Shown in pieces: positions 47,874-57,447 of a stretch of 62,159 nt of DNA; positions within the stretch are counted from its first letter, which is position 1; each line of letters begins with the position of its first letter. This DNA comes from an uncultured Acidimicrobiales bacterium (lineage in GTDB: Bacteria; Actinomycetota; Acidimicrobiia; Acidimicrobiales; SZUA-35). A program made the translations under genes and the position numbers. The notes under the pieces are model-generated. The model ran no database searches and had not been told where the DNA came from. It saw nothing but the letters and a program-made list of their open reading frames with translations. The stretch spans positions 1-62,159 of the forward strand of contig CALLGK010000021.1 in the NCBI GenBank assembly GCA_938009905.1, given 5' to 3'.

Positions 47874-48602
47874 CTATTCGATCGGTAGCCGCTCCATGTT
47901 TGGGCCGTTCTCGTTGGTGTCTCCCCAGTAGTGCGGCAGGCGCAGGTAGCCGACGCGGGGGAGTGACTGTGCGGGTTCGAGGCCCTGGTGAATCTTGAGC
48001 CGCTGGATGGTTCGGATGTGCGTAAGCATCTCGTAGAACACCATCCAGAGCGAGGCTTCGAGTGTGTAGCGAAGATGCCCCGGACGGTCGGGATCTGGGC
48101 CGGCACCTCGAGGTAGCGTGGTGATGGCGTAGGCCCAGAAGGCGGTTCCTCGCACGCTGGTGACGTCAGCCCGCAGGGTCTCGATTGTTTGTTCGCTGAC
48201 CACTCGTTCGAGCCAACTGATGCCTACGTCGATCTTGGCGATCAGATCTGGGAGCTTCCAGTAGAGATTCTCGTCGAGCACGCGGTCCCAACGGGCGCCA
48301 CCCTTCTTCATCAGGTGGTCGTCCCAAACGATGGTGTCGGGAATCGTGCCGTCCGGCCAGAGCAGTGGGCCGCATCGTCTGCTGGTGAAGACAAGGGCGT
48401 CCCACCCGATGTGCGACACCTGTCGACGAATCGACCACCACATCCATTCCTTGTCTGGCGACAAGTCATCAAGGTCGAGTTGGGCATCGGTGAGGCCCGC
48501 AACTTCTGTCTCGATCCACGTGATCAAACGTCGATACGGCGGCATCACGCCAATCGATTCGCTCTCGGGCATTTCAACGATGTTGTGATCAACCAGAGCC
48601 AT
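47874..48602 (-). CDS. DinB-like protein
   Basis: GLTDAQL...WWSIRRQVSHI; C-terminal EMLTHIRTI. Confidence 0.55.
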   Translation of the reverse strand: MALVDHNIVEMPESESIGVMPPYRRLITWIETEVAGLTDAQLDLDDLSPDKEWMWWSIRRQVSHIGWDALVFTSRRCGPLLWPDGTIPDTIVWDDHLMKKGGARWDRVLDENLYWKLPDLIAKIDVGISWLERVVSEQTIETLRADVTSVRGTAFWAYAITTLPRGAGPDPDRPGHLRYTLEASLWMVFYEMLTHIRTIQRLKIHQGLEPAQSLPRVGYLRLPHYWGDTNENGPNMERLPIE

Positions 48603-48781
48603 CTGACGTTGTTAGTCGCCGAGCGACGTAAGGGCTAGTTCGATGAGTCGGATGTCCGCTGCTAGGGCACAACGTCTGAACAGCGGACCCGTTGGTTGGC
48701 CCCCAAGGTGCGGGGGATGTTCGGTGGGTGATTGCCCACGGACAGTGGTTTGCGCGACAAGCGTTGCGTACTTTTGGGCAG

Positions 48782-49771
48782 ATGGTGAGCGAGCGCGTGG
48801 TGAGTCCAGAGATCCAACCGATCGTCGACTTGGTGAACGCGGCCGCCGTTGACGCGCCATCGATCTGGGATCAGTCGGTTGCTGATCGACGCGACGGCTA
48901 TCACGCCCTCGTCGCTGCTGTGCAGCCTGGGCCGGAAGTGGCCAAGGTGACGCACTACGCCATTGATGGACCGGACGGCACCGTGACGATGCGCTGCTAC
49001 CAGTCCACCATGGACCCACCACTCGGCATCATCGTGTTCTTTCACGGCGGCGGTTGGGTGATCGGCGACCTCGATACCCACGATCACGTTTGTCGCGAAC
49101 TCACCGTGAAATCAGATGCCCTCGTGATCTCCGTCGACTACCGGCTCGCACCTGAGACACCCTTTCCTGGGGCTGTCGTCGACTCGTGGGCTGCCCTTCA
49201 GTGGATCGCGCAGAATCGCGGCGGGTTGTCTGGCGACTTGCGGGCCCCGATTGCGGTTTGTGGCGACTCCGCGGGCGGGAACCTTGCCGCGGTGATGGCA
49301 TTGCTCGCTCGTGACACCGGGCTCGATCTTGCCGCCCAACTTCTGGTGTACCCCGCCGTCGATTCTCGAATGAACGGCTCGGGTTCGCTCGTCGAAAACG
49401 GTGAAGGCTACGTGCTGACCCGCGAGACCATGTTGTGGTTCCGCAACAACTACCTCGGTACCGGCGTGCGCAACGAGCTCATCGCCGATCAGCGGTTGCA
49501 CGATTGGCGAGCCAGCCCGTTGCTGGCTGAATCGCTTGCTGGTGTCGCACCGGCTCACATCATCACGGCCGAGTTTGATCCGTTGCGAGACGAGGGGACC
49601 GCCTACGCCAACGCGCTTCGAAGTGCGGGAGTTGACGTTGCCCACACCGATTATCCGGGCATGGTGCACATCTTCTTTCAGCTCAGCCCAATCGTGCCGA
49701 TGGCGACAACAGCCATCAACGAGATAGCAGCAGCTTCAAGAGAAGCGTTCATCGTCGACACACCCGGCTAG
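48782..49771 (+). CDS. HSL-family esterase/lipase (alpha/beta hydrolase)
   Basis: HGGGW, DYRLAPE, GDSAGG, DPLRDEG, HIF. Confidence 0.92.
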   Translation: MVSERVVSPEIQPIVDLVNAAAVDAPSIWDQSVADRRDGYHALVAAVQPGPEVAKVTHYAIDGPDGTVTMRCYQSTMDPPLGIIVFFHGGGWVIGDLDTHDHVCRELTVKSDALVISVDYRLAPETPFPGAVVDSWAALQWIAQNRGGLSGDLRAPIAVCGDSAGGNLAAVMALLARDTGLDLAAQLLVYPAVDSRMNGSGSLVENGEGYVLTRETMLWFRNNYLGTGVRNELIADQRLHDWRASPLLAESLAGVAPAHIITAEFDPLRDEGTAYANALRSAGVDVAHTDYPGMVHIFFQLSPIVPMATTAINEIAAASREAFIVDTPG

Positions 49772-49844
49772 ATCCATACTGAATAGTGCGGTATGGGATG
49801 CCTGGCGTCCCTCAAATGCGACGACCCACTGCCGATGAATCGGT

Positions 49845-51107
49845 ATGGACCCCTCTGTCCTCAGTGCGACCGTTGCGCCCCTCGCGGGCCTCATCGACGA
49901 CGCGACAACCATGGTCGACGTCGGTTCCTTGCTTGACCGCGTCAGGCAAGAGCTCGACCGCTTCGAGCCGGTCGAACGCTCGATCGTCGTCCTCCTCGAG
50001 GGCGAAATTGCGCAGCAATGGACCCTGTCGAACGTAGCGAGGACAGTTGTTGCCGGGGAGTGGCTGATCCGGCCAGACGAGACCGTCGAGGGGCACTGTG
50101 CGCTTGAGGCTCTTGAATGTCGAATCCCGGCAGATCAGATTCGCCGACCGGCCTCCGACGGTGAGCCGTGGACACATGATCGACCGCTGGTGTCTGAGAT
50201 CGGCGACGAGTGCCACGAGTTGCTTGTCTTCCCGCTCTGCTCATCGAGAGGTGCGGTCGGGTCGTTCACGGTGCAGACCACCGCTCCACTGGCCGACTCA
50301 ATCGTTGCGGAGCTTCGCGCCATCGCCGCGATTGTCACGATGGTGCTCGAAAAGACAACAGCGTTGCGTGAGCTCGACGAACGTCAAGCGGCGCAGAGCC
50401 GGGTGAACACCGACCTCGCGGCAACGAACAGCGAACTGGAAACCGTGGCTCGGATGGCCTCGAGCGAACTGCATCAACCGCTTGGCCAGATTCGCAACTA
50501 CGCCAATCGCCTTGGCAACCTCGATGACGGTCTGACAGAGCGAGAGGCTGACTATCTCCAGCGGATCGTTGGTGCCAGCTCCCGCATGCAAACGCTCGTT
50601 GGCGACCTGCTCACGTTCTCGCGAGTCTCGACCGTCGACGACCCATCTGCAGCCGTCAGCTTGAACCAGGTCGTTGGCGAAGCGCTGATGGACCTCGAGT
50701 TGCTGATCTCTGACGCCGGTGGCGTCGTGACCGTTGACGAGTTGCCTGTTGTGGACGGAAACGCCACGCAGCTCCGCCAGCTCTTCCAGAACTTGATCGG
50801 TAACGCCATCAAGTATCGACGCAGTGACGTCGCCCCACGGGTCGCCGTCCGGTGCGTCGAGGCCGGTCCCGGTCTGGTCACGATTGAAGTCGAGGACAAT
50901 GGCATCGGCTTCGAGCAACGGTTTGTCGATCGCATCTTCAAGCCCTTCCAACGGCTGCACGGCCGCGGCGAGTTTGACGGCTCCGGCATCGGCCTTGCGG
51001 TCTGCCGTCGGATCGTTGAGCGCCACGGCGGCTCAATGGCGGCCCGATCAGTTCCCGGTGAAGGTTCGGTGTTCATCGTGACGTTCGAGACAGGGAGCAA
51101 CGCATGA
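49845..51107 (+). CDS. GAF-like + histidine-kinase-fold protein lacking the H-box His
   Basis: N, G1, F, G2 boxes intact (QNLIGNAIKY, EDNGIG, FQRLH, GSGIGLA); H-box reads ASSELHQPL. Confidence 0.85.
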   Translation: MDPSVLSATVAPLAGLIDDATTMVDVGSLLDRVRQELDRFEPVERSIVVLLEGEIAQQWTLSNVARTVVAGEWLIRPDETVEGHCALEALECRIPADQIRRPASDGEPWTHDRPLVSEIGDECHELLVFPLCSSRGAVGSFTVQTTAPLADSIVAELRAIAAIVTMVLEKTTALRELDERQAAQSRVNTDLAATNSELETVARMASSELHQPLGQIRNYANRLGNLDDGLTEREADYLQRIVGASSRMQTLVGDLLTFSRVSTVDDPSAAVSLNQVVGEALMDLELLISDAGGVVTVDELPVVDGNATQLRQLFQNLIGNAIKYRRSDVAPRVAVRCVEAGPGLVTIEVEDNGIGFEQRFVDRIFKPFQRLHGRGEFDGSGIGLAVCRRIVERHGGSMAARSVPGEGSVFIVTFETGSNA

Positions 51108-52378
51108 GCACGACCGAAAGCGACTTGGCTGCAAACGATCTGCGCGAGCTCAAAGACGTGACCGACATCGTCGAGATCGTCAACTCGCACACCGACGAGG
51201 ACGCACTCATTCACGCGGTGCTCGACAAGCTGCTCGACTATCAGATGGCTGCAACGGTCGTATTCCGGAGGCTCTCCGCCGATGGCGACTCGCTTGTGCC
51301 GGTGAGCTCTGTTGTTGGAGGGTCGAAGCTCGACGAGTTGCTGCAAACAACAGCGGTGCCCCTCGATTCCTTTGAAGGGCATGCCATCCGTGAGGATCAT
51401 GTGGTCTTGATTGACATCGAGACGTTTCCCCATATCAAACTCGACCGCACGTACCGGGAACTCGTGCTGCACTGCGCCGAGAATGGGTGCCGCGGGGCAC
51501 TCTTCTATCCGGTCCGATCGTCCGAGGCCCTTGGAACGTTGACGTTCTACGCCCTCGAAGACATCTCGCTCGACGAGCGCGGACTCGACATGTTCCACCG
51601 CGCCGCAAAACTCATGGCGTTCGGCATCGAGAAGTGCAGGCGAATCGCCTCGAAGCAGCACGTCGAGGAAGACCTGCGCTTGGCGAACGTGCGCCTCGAA
51701 AGCTCCAACAGAGATCTTCAGGACTTCGCCCATGTGGCATCGCACGATCTGCAGGAACCGCTGCGCAAGATCCGGACGTTCAGCGACCGCCTCAATGGTT
51801 CGGCCGCCGATCGGCTGTCGGACCAGAGCGCTGACGATCTCGACAAGATCCAGGCGGCTGCCGTTCGTATGCAGACGCTGATCGACGATCTGCTTGTGTA
51901 CTCACGAGTCGGCAACAGAATCGGAGACATGGTCGCGCTCGGACTGAACGCCGTCGTTGAAGAGGCGATGGTCGAGCGTCGAGCAGATCTCCGTCGACTG
52001 AATGGAACGTTTGAGGTTGAAGACCTTCCGGCGGCGATGGTTGATCAGCGCCAGATGGTGCAGTTCTTCTCGGCACTCATCTCGAACGCCGTGAAGTTCG
52101 CGTCTCCTGATCGGCCGCTCCATGTGCGCATCTCCGGCAAGCTCGAAGACGGTTGGGTCTCGATTGATGTCGAGGACAACGGCATCGGCTTTGAAGACAA
52201 GCACGCAGAACGGATCTTTGAGCCGTTTCGACGTCTGCACTCTCGGGCCGAGTACGAAGGCACCGGCATGGGTCTGGCCGTCGCGAAGCGCATCGCCACA
52301 CGCCACCACGGGGCCGTTCGTGCTCGTAGCGAGCTAGGGGTTGGTTCGACCTTCACGCTGTTGTTTCCAGCAACGTGA
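51104..52378 (+). CDS. GAF-like sensor histidine kinase
   Basis: ASHDLQEPLRKI, SNAVKF, EDNGIG, GTGMGLA; ATGA overlap with the upstream kinase-like gene. Confidence 0.92.
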   Translation: MSTTESDLAANDLRELKDVTDIVEIVNSHTDEDALIHAVLDKLLDYQMAATVVFRRLSADGDSLVPVSSVVGGSKLDELLQTTAVPLDSFEGHAIREDHVVLIDIETFPHIKLDRTYRELVLHCAENGCRGALFYPVRSSEALGTLTFYALEDISLDERGLDMFHRAAKLMAFGIEKCRRIASKQHVEEDLRLANVRLESSNRDLQDFAHVASHDLQEPLRKIRTFSDRLNGSAADRLSDQSADDLDKIQAAAVRMQTLIDDLLVYSRVGNRIGDMVALGLNAVVEEAMVERRADLRRLNGTFEVEDLPAAMVDQRQMVQFFSALISNAVKFASPDRPLHVRISGKLEDGWVSIDVEDNGIGFEDKHAERIFEPFRRLHSRAEYEGTGMGLAVAKRIATRHHGAVRARSELGVGSTFTLLFPAT

Positions 52379-52391
52379 GCTTCTGGAGTTG

Positions 52392-52853
52392 CTAGCGCTG
52401 CTCGGCGGCGAGATCAACAAGCACGGCAGCCGCATGGCCCGCAGGGTCGTCAACTTCGTAGACCTTGGCCACGACCCCATCCGGGTTGATGAGAAAGCTG
52501 ACTCTCTTCGGGAAGTCTGAGAACGGGTCGTCGGCATCGCGCAGAACGCCATAGGCAGTGCCAACCGCTTTGTCTTCGTCGGAAAGCAAGGGGAACGGAA
52601 ACTCGACCGTTTCCTTGAATGCGGCGTTGTCGGCAGGGGAGTCAAACGACGCTCCGAGCACCTGACATCCGGCATCGATGAACTGCTGGGCCTGATCACG
52701 CAGGCCCTCTGCTTGCAGCGTTCAACCAGGCGTACTGGCTTTCGGATACCACCAGAACAGCACCCAGCTGCCTGCGTGGTCGCCGAGCGAGACGGTATTG
52801 CCCGCTTCATCGGAGAGCGAGAATGGTGCGGCCGGGCTGCCTTGTTCAATCAT
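52392..52853 (-). CDS. bcp: BCP/PrxQ peroxiredoxin with in-frame TGA at the peroxidatic position (probable selenoprotein)
   Basis: MIEQGSPAAPFSLSDEAG...WWYPKASTPG-TGA-TLQAEGLRD...VLGASFD...FPFPLLSD...RVSFLINPDG; TGA at 52724-52722, codon 44. Confidence 0.85.
52683..52718 (-). promoter_or_regulatory. Putative bacterial SECIS hairpin
   Basis: On the coding strand GGGCCTG-cgtgat-CAGGCCC begins 14 nt after the TGA; lower CTGC/GCAG pairing. Confidence 0.55.
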
Positions 52854-52927
52854 CACGAACGAATCTAGCTCAGCGCCGCAACCGCTGGGTGTGCAAATGC
52901 GACGGTGATTCGAGGCATCATTTCACC

Positions 52928-53446
52928 GTGACGTTGTTCTTCGCCCTGCTGGCGTTCGGTGGCGCTGCGGTTGTCGTGCTGGCTCCCGTCGTGTCGTTTG
53001 CCATGCCAGGTTCGAGCACGGCCCGAGACATTCGGTCGTTCGGGTTAATCGGCGGGTTCGTTGCTGCGCTCGTGGCCACGCTCGGCAGCTTGTATCTCTC
53101 CGAAATCGTGGGCTACGCGCCGTGCCGCTTCTGCTGGTATCAGCGCTTCTTCATGTATCCGTCCGCCCTCGTGCTTGGCCTCTCGCTCTTGATGAAGAAG
53201 CCCAAGCTGGCGTGGCTCGCGGTGGCCATGTCGGTGATTGGGTTCTGCATCTCGGTCTACCACCGGCTCGAGCAGCAGTATCCAGACACGGTCGGCAGCT
53301 CATGTGCCGTCGATAATCCGTGTTGGGGCCGGTATGTCAACGAGTTCGGTTGGGTGACGATCCCAACAATGGCCGCGGTTGCGTTCGCTCTTGTGTTTAC
53401 TCTTGTGCCGTTGAGCCTTCGAGGCATGGCCGGCGAGAGCGAATAG
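52928..53446 (+). CDS. Disulfide bond formation protein DsbB/BdbC family
   Basis: GSLYLSE, PCRFCWYQR, second Cys pair (SCAVDNPC), TIPTMA; multiple TM; start uncertain. Confidence 0.88.
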   Translation: MTLFFALLAFGGAAVVVLAPVVSFAMPGSSTARDIRSFGLIGGFVAALVATLGSLYLSEIVGYAPCRFCWYQRFFMYPSALVLGLSLLMKKPKLAWLAVAMSVIGFCISVYHRLEQQYPDTVGSSCAVDNPCWGRYVNEFGWVTIPTMAAVAFALVFTLVPLSLRGMAGESE

Positions 53447-53511
53447 GCGTTTCTCTTGGCTTTATGTCTCACTCTTGAAGCTCCCCCCTTCACGTCGAAA
53501 GAAGAAGTTGC

Positions 53512-54204
53512 ATGCCCCAGGCGCAGGTTCAAAAGATCAATGACGGCTCGGACTCCGGCGGCCGCTGGTTTCTGTTCGGCATCTTGGCGATTTTCGTCTT
53601 GGGTGCTGGTGCAATTGCCTTTGTTGCGACCAATCGCGAGTCGGCCACAAACATCACCAACATTCCGCGTGGTGGCGACGTTGAGGTCTCGGCCGACGTG
53701 TCGATCGATGGCACCCCGCTCCCGCCCATGCCGGGTAGCGGTGTGCTCGCCGACCCATCAACTGACCCAGCGGTGGGCACGATCGCACCGACTCTTGTCG
53801 GAACCGACTTCAACGGCGATCCGATCAGTATCGAGCCTGACGGTCGCCCGAAGGCCGTGTACTTCTTGGCCCACTGGTGCCCGGCCTGCCAGGCCGAGGT
53901 GCCATCTGTTGTCGAACTCATCGAGGCCGGAGCGGTACCGGCAGACATTGACTTGTACGGCGTGTCGACGTCGGCCGACGCGACTCGCGGCAACTACCCG
54001 CCCAACAACTGGCTTGCTCGAGAAGGCTGGACCCCGGCCATTATGCGGGATACCGCCGGCAGCGAGGCATTGCTCTCCTACGGCGCAGGCCCGTTCCCGT
54101 TCGTGGTCTACCTCGACGGTGAGAACCGCGTGCTTGCTCGTTCGTCCGGTGTGCTCGGGGAAGATCAGATCACGACGATCTGGGAAACCCTCGCCGCGGG
54201 CTGA
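53512..54204 (+). CDS. Membrane-anchored TlpA/DsbE-like thioredoxin
   Basis: N-terminal TM, FLAHWCPACQAE, cis-Pro FP motif. Confidence 0.85.
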   Translation: MPQAQVQKINDGSDSGGRWFLFGILAIFVLGAGAIAFVATNRESATNITNIPRGGDVEVSADVSIDGTPLPPMPGSGVLADPSTDPAVGTIAPTLVGTDFNGDPISIEPDGRPKAVYFLAHWCPACQAEVPSVVELIEAGAVPADIDLYGVSTSADATRGNYPPNNWLAREGWTPAIMRDTAGSEALLSYGAGPFPFVVYLDGENRVLARSSGVLGEDQITTIWETLAAG

Positions 54205-54259
54205 CACGCCAGCTGCTCCGTAAGAACCGCGACAACAGCAGAGCCGGTAGATTCGCGTC

Positions 54260-54496
54260 ATGTCCGATCTCGACACCGATGTCATCGTTGAGGAGCGGGT
54301 TACCCCGGTAACAAACGACGGTGGTGACCACGAGCGGTTTGCTCACTACGTCAAGAAGTCGGCCATTCTTCCCAGCACGGTTGAGGGCACACCGCTTGAA
54401 GCCCTCTGCGGCAAGAAGTGGATTCCTACGCGCGACCCGTCGAAGTTTCCGGTTTGCCCCGAGTGCAAAGAGATCTACGAAGCGTTGATGACGTGA
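54260..54496 (+). CDS. DUF3039-family protein
   Basis: GDHERFAHYVKK, ALCGKKW, PVCPECKEIY. Confidence 0.88.
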   Translation: MSDLDTDVIVEERVTPVTNDGGDHERFAHYVKKSAILPSTVEGTPLEALCGKKWIPTRDPSKFPVCPECKEIYEALMT

Positions 54497-55434
54497 GCGC
54501 TCAAGACTCCACCGCCGACATCGTGGTGGTGGGGAGCTTGAACCTCGATGTCTCCGTTGTGGTCGATCACCTCCCGACAGCGGGCGAGACAGTCCTCGGT
54601 GGCGACGCCTTGTGGTCGCCGGGAGGCAAGGGCGCAAACCAGGCCGTTGGTGCTCGCAGACTGGGGCGAGACGTCAGCATGGTTGGCTGCGTTGGCGACG
54701 ACGACCCTGGCCGTCAGCTACTGGCGAACCTGGAGAGCGACGGCGTTGGTCATCAGCATGTCGCCGTGATTCCCGACGCCAGCACGGGGTTCGCGGCTAT
54801 CGCCGTCGGATCTGATGGTGACAATCAGATCGTGGTGAGTCCGGGAGCCAACGGCCGGGTCGACGCCGACCACATTGACGCGGCAGCCGACGAGATACGC
54901 AACGCCACAGTGGTGTTGGCCCAATTCGAGTTGCCGTTGCCGACGGTGCTGGCGGCGGCCCGGCTTGCATCCGGCACCTTTGTGTTGAACCCGGCCCCGG
55001 CTCCGACCGTCATCAACGGCGAAACTCGAGCGGAGCTCGATGGACTGTTGAGCCTGGTCAGTGTGGTGGTGCCCAACCAGGGTGAGCTTGCCGCGTTGCT
55101 CGGGGAGGATCGTGCTGCGTCACTCGACGAGGTTGCCGCACAGGCGGCCCGCCTTGCCGAACGTGGGCCTCGCGTGGTCGTCACGCTTGGCGAGCAGGGT
55201 GCCCTCGTCCTCGAAGATGGCGAGCCGTCACACGTGCCAGCCCTGCAGGTCGATGCGATCGACGCCACGGCGGCGGGCGATTCGTTTTGCGGTGCGCTTG
55301 GTGATCGGCTGTGCGATGGCGCCACGTTGACCGAGGCTGCCGAGTGGGCAGTGCAGGTCGCCGCCGTGACTGTCACCCGCCGGGGAGCGCAAGCATCGCT
55401 GCCAACGCGTGACGAGGTCAGTCAGGTTCGTTGA
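54493..55434 (+). CDS. rbsK: Ribokinase (PfkB family)
   Basis: VVGSLNLD, GGKGANQAV, LNPAPA, DATAAGDSF; GTGA overlap with DUF3039. Confidence 0.85.
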   Translation: MSAQDSTADIVVVGSLNLDVSVVVDHLPTAGETVLGGDALWSPGGKGANQAVGARRLGRDVSMVGCVGDDDPGRQLLANLESDGVGHQHVAVIPDASTGFAAIAVGSDGDNQIVVSPGANGRVDADHIDAAADEIRNATVVLAQFELPLPTVLAAARLASGTFVLNPAPAPTVINGETRAELDGLLSLVSVVVPNQGELAALLGEDRAASLDEVAAQAARLAERGPRVVVTLGEQGALVLEDGEPSHVPALQVDAIDATAAGDSFCGALGDRLCDGATLTEAAEWAVQVAAVTVTRRGAQASLPTRDEVSQVR

Positions 55435-56431
55435 ACCCGTTGGGGTTCTTTTCTTGCCAACGCCATGCGTCGCTGAGCATGAGTTCGAGACCGCGGTCAG
55501 CCCGCCATTCGAGTTCGGTCTGAGCTTTGGTTGGGTCGGCAAGTGATGTGGCGATGTCGCCCGGTCGGCGATCGGTGATCTCGTGGGGGATCTCTTGTCC
55601 GCTCACGTCTCGTGCCGTCTCGATGATGTCCAACACGGACGCTCCGTTGCCGGTGCCGAGGTTGTAGACGTCGCACCCTTTCGGAAGATGATCGAGTGCG
55701 GCCAGGTGGCCGAGCGCCAAGTCGACCACGTGGATGTAGTCGCGCACTCCCGTGCCGTCTGCAGTGTCGTAGTCGTCGCCGAAAACGCTCACCTTGTCGC
55801 GCCGTCCAACGGCGACTTGCATCACGTAGGGCACGAGGTTGTTAGGCGGTCCGTTTGGATCTTCGCCGATGTTGCCGCTCGGGTGCGCGCCAACCGGATT
55901 GAAGTAGCGCAGAAGGCTGATGCGCCAACGAGGATCGCTCGCCGCAACGTCGCGGCAGATGTCTTCGATCATGAGCTTGGTCTGGCCGTAGGGGTTCGTG
56001 GCCCCGGTGGGCGCAGTCTCTGGAATCGGAAGAATCTCGGGATCGCCGTAGACCGTGGCCGACGACGAGAAGACGAGGTCCCAGCAGTCGTGATCGGCCA
56101 TCGCCCCAAGCAGATTCATCGAGGAGACCAAGTTGTTCTGGTAGTAGCGCAGCGGCTCAGCTACCGATTCGCCAACGGCCTTCAGGCCGGCAAAGTGGAT
56201 GACCGACTCAATGGTGTGCGATTCGAAGACCGCATCGAGCGCAGAACGGTCAGTGATGTCGGCCTTGACGAAGGTGACATCTCGCCCTGTGAGCTCCCGC
56301 ACGCGATTGAGCGATTCTTCGCTCGAGTTCGAGAGGTCATCAACAACAACGACGTCTCGACCGCGCTCAAGAAGAGCGACGACGGTATGACTGCCGATGT
56401 AGCCGGCGCCGCCGGTGACGAGAATGGACAT
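55418..56431 (-). CDS. galE: UDP-glucose 4-epimerase
   Basis: VTGGAGYIGSH, KAVGES, SSSATVYG, YGQTK, LRYFNPVGAH, RDYIHV. Confidence 0.96.
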   Translation of the reverse strand: MSILVTGGAGYIGSHTVVALLERGRDVVVVDDLSNSSEESLNRVRELTGRDVTFVKADITDRSALDAVFESHTIESVIHFAGLKAVGESVAEPLRYYQNNLVSSMNLLGAMADHDCWDLVFSSSATVYGDPEILPIPETAPTGATNPYGQTKLMIEDICRDVAASDPRWRISLLRYFNPVGAHPSGNIGEDPNGPPNNLVPYVMQVAVGRRDKVSVFGDDYDTADGTGVRDYIHVVDLALGHLAALDHLPKGCDVYNLGTGNGASVLDIIETARDVSGQEIPHEITDRRPGDIATSLADPTKAQTELEWRADRGLELMLSDAWRWQEKNPNGFNEPD

Positions 56432-56577
56432 GGTGCTCCATCGGTCGATTTCGAGCTTGACCAAAGCAGGTTTGCTGAATTGCGGGGCTGATGTCGCCCA
56501 GAGAAGCGGAACTTTGAACCAGACGGCGACGTTGTACGTCAAACACTACTGTGACAGCGACTGAGGGATCGACGACG

Positions 56578-57306
56578 TTGAGCAATGAAAGCAACTCACT
56601 TCCGGCCGGCTGGTACTACGCGCAAGGCGATCCTGCGGGAACCCAGCGGTACTGGGATGGAGCACAGTGGATCGGCAGTCCCCAGGCTGCGCTGACCGCG
56701 CCCGGGGCGCCCGGTGCGTACGGCGCGTACGGCGCGCCTGGCGCGTACGGTGCCCCGGCCGGGCAGTACGCAGGCGGCCAGCAGTATGCGGGCGGTCATC
56801 AGTATGCGGGCGGTCATCAGTACGGCCCGGGTGCCAAGTTTGCGACCGGTCCCGGCGTGCCACCAGGTGTGTTGGTGCAACATGCGGCGCGGTATCGAAG
56901 CGACCGGGCCAACTACGCCCAGCGGGCTGTCGCCTGGATCATCGATGCACTCGTGTGGTGGGTTCCGTTCGTCGGGTTCGCGATGCTTAGCGGCGCCACT
57001 GGTAGTGACGGCTTTGCCCTCATCGCGTTGGTGGCCCTCTTCGCTGGAGTCGGCAACAGCCTGATTCTGCAGGGGCTGACGTCGAGATCTCTTGGCAAGC
57101 GCGTCATGGGCACCAAGATCGTGCGTCTCGAAAACAACGACGATCCCGGCATCGGCATGGTGCTGTTGAGGTTCCTCATCCCGTGGGCGTTCTCGATCTT
57201 CAGTTGCTACGTCTACTGGATCTTCGACTTCCTCTGGCCACTCTGGGATGAGGGCGATGAGCGCATTACTGACAAAATTCTGAAGGTCGCCGTCGTACGT
57301 GCCTAG
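56578..57306 (+). CDS. DUF2510 + RDD-family membrane protein (1 of 3)
   Basis: AGWYYAQGDPAGTQRYWDG, Gly/Tyr repeats, RAVAWIID, SLGKRVMG, RITDKI. Confidence 0.8.
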   Translation: MSNESNSLPAGWYYAQGDPAGTQRYWDGAQWIGSPQAALTAPGAPGAYGAYGAPGAYGAPAGQYAGGQQYAGGHQYAGGHQYGPGAKFATGPGVPPGVLVQHAARYRSDRANYAQRAVAWIIDALVWWVPFVGFAMLSGATGSDGFALIALVALFAGVGNSLILQGLTSRSLGKRVMGTKIVRLENNDDPGIGMVLLRFLIPWAFSIFSCYVYWIFDFLWPLWDEGDERITDKILKVAVVRA

Positions 57307-57447
57307 GAGTCATCTCGGTTCTCGCGGCTCGGGCGATCCGGTGCAAATCCCGCACAGCGAGCGCGAGCCGACTACATTCGCCCACGAACGGGGGTGCTCC
57401 GACTCAGTGTCGGGCCGGAACTCCGTCTTTCTTCAGGAGGAGCAATA

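Noticed and set aside
52334-52849. 171-aa ORF from the track, and bcp as a pseudogene
   Set aside because: The 171-aa ORF is an off-frame shadow. The bcp frame is intact on both sides of a single TGA at the catalytic Cys, which favours recoding over decay.
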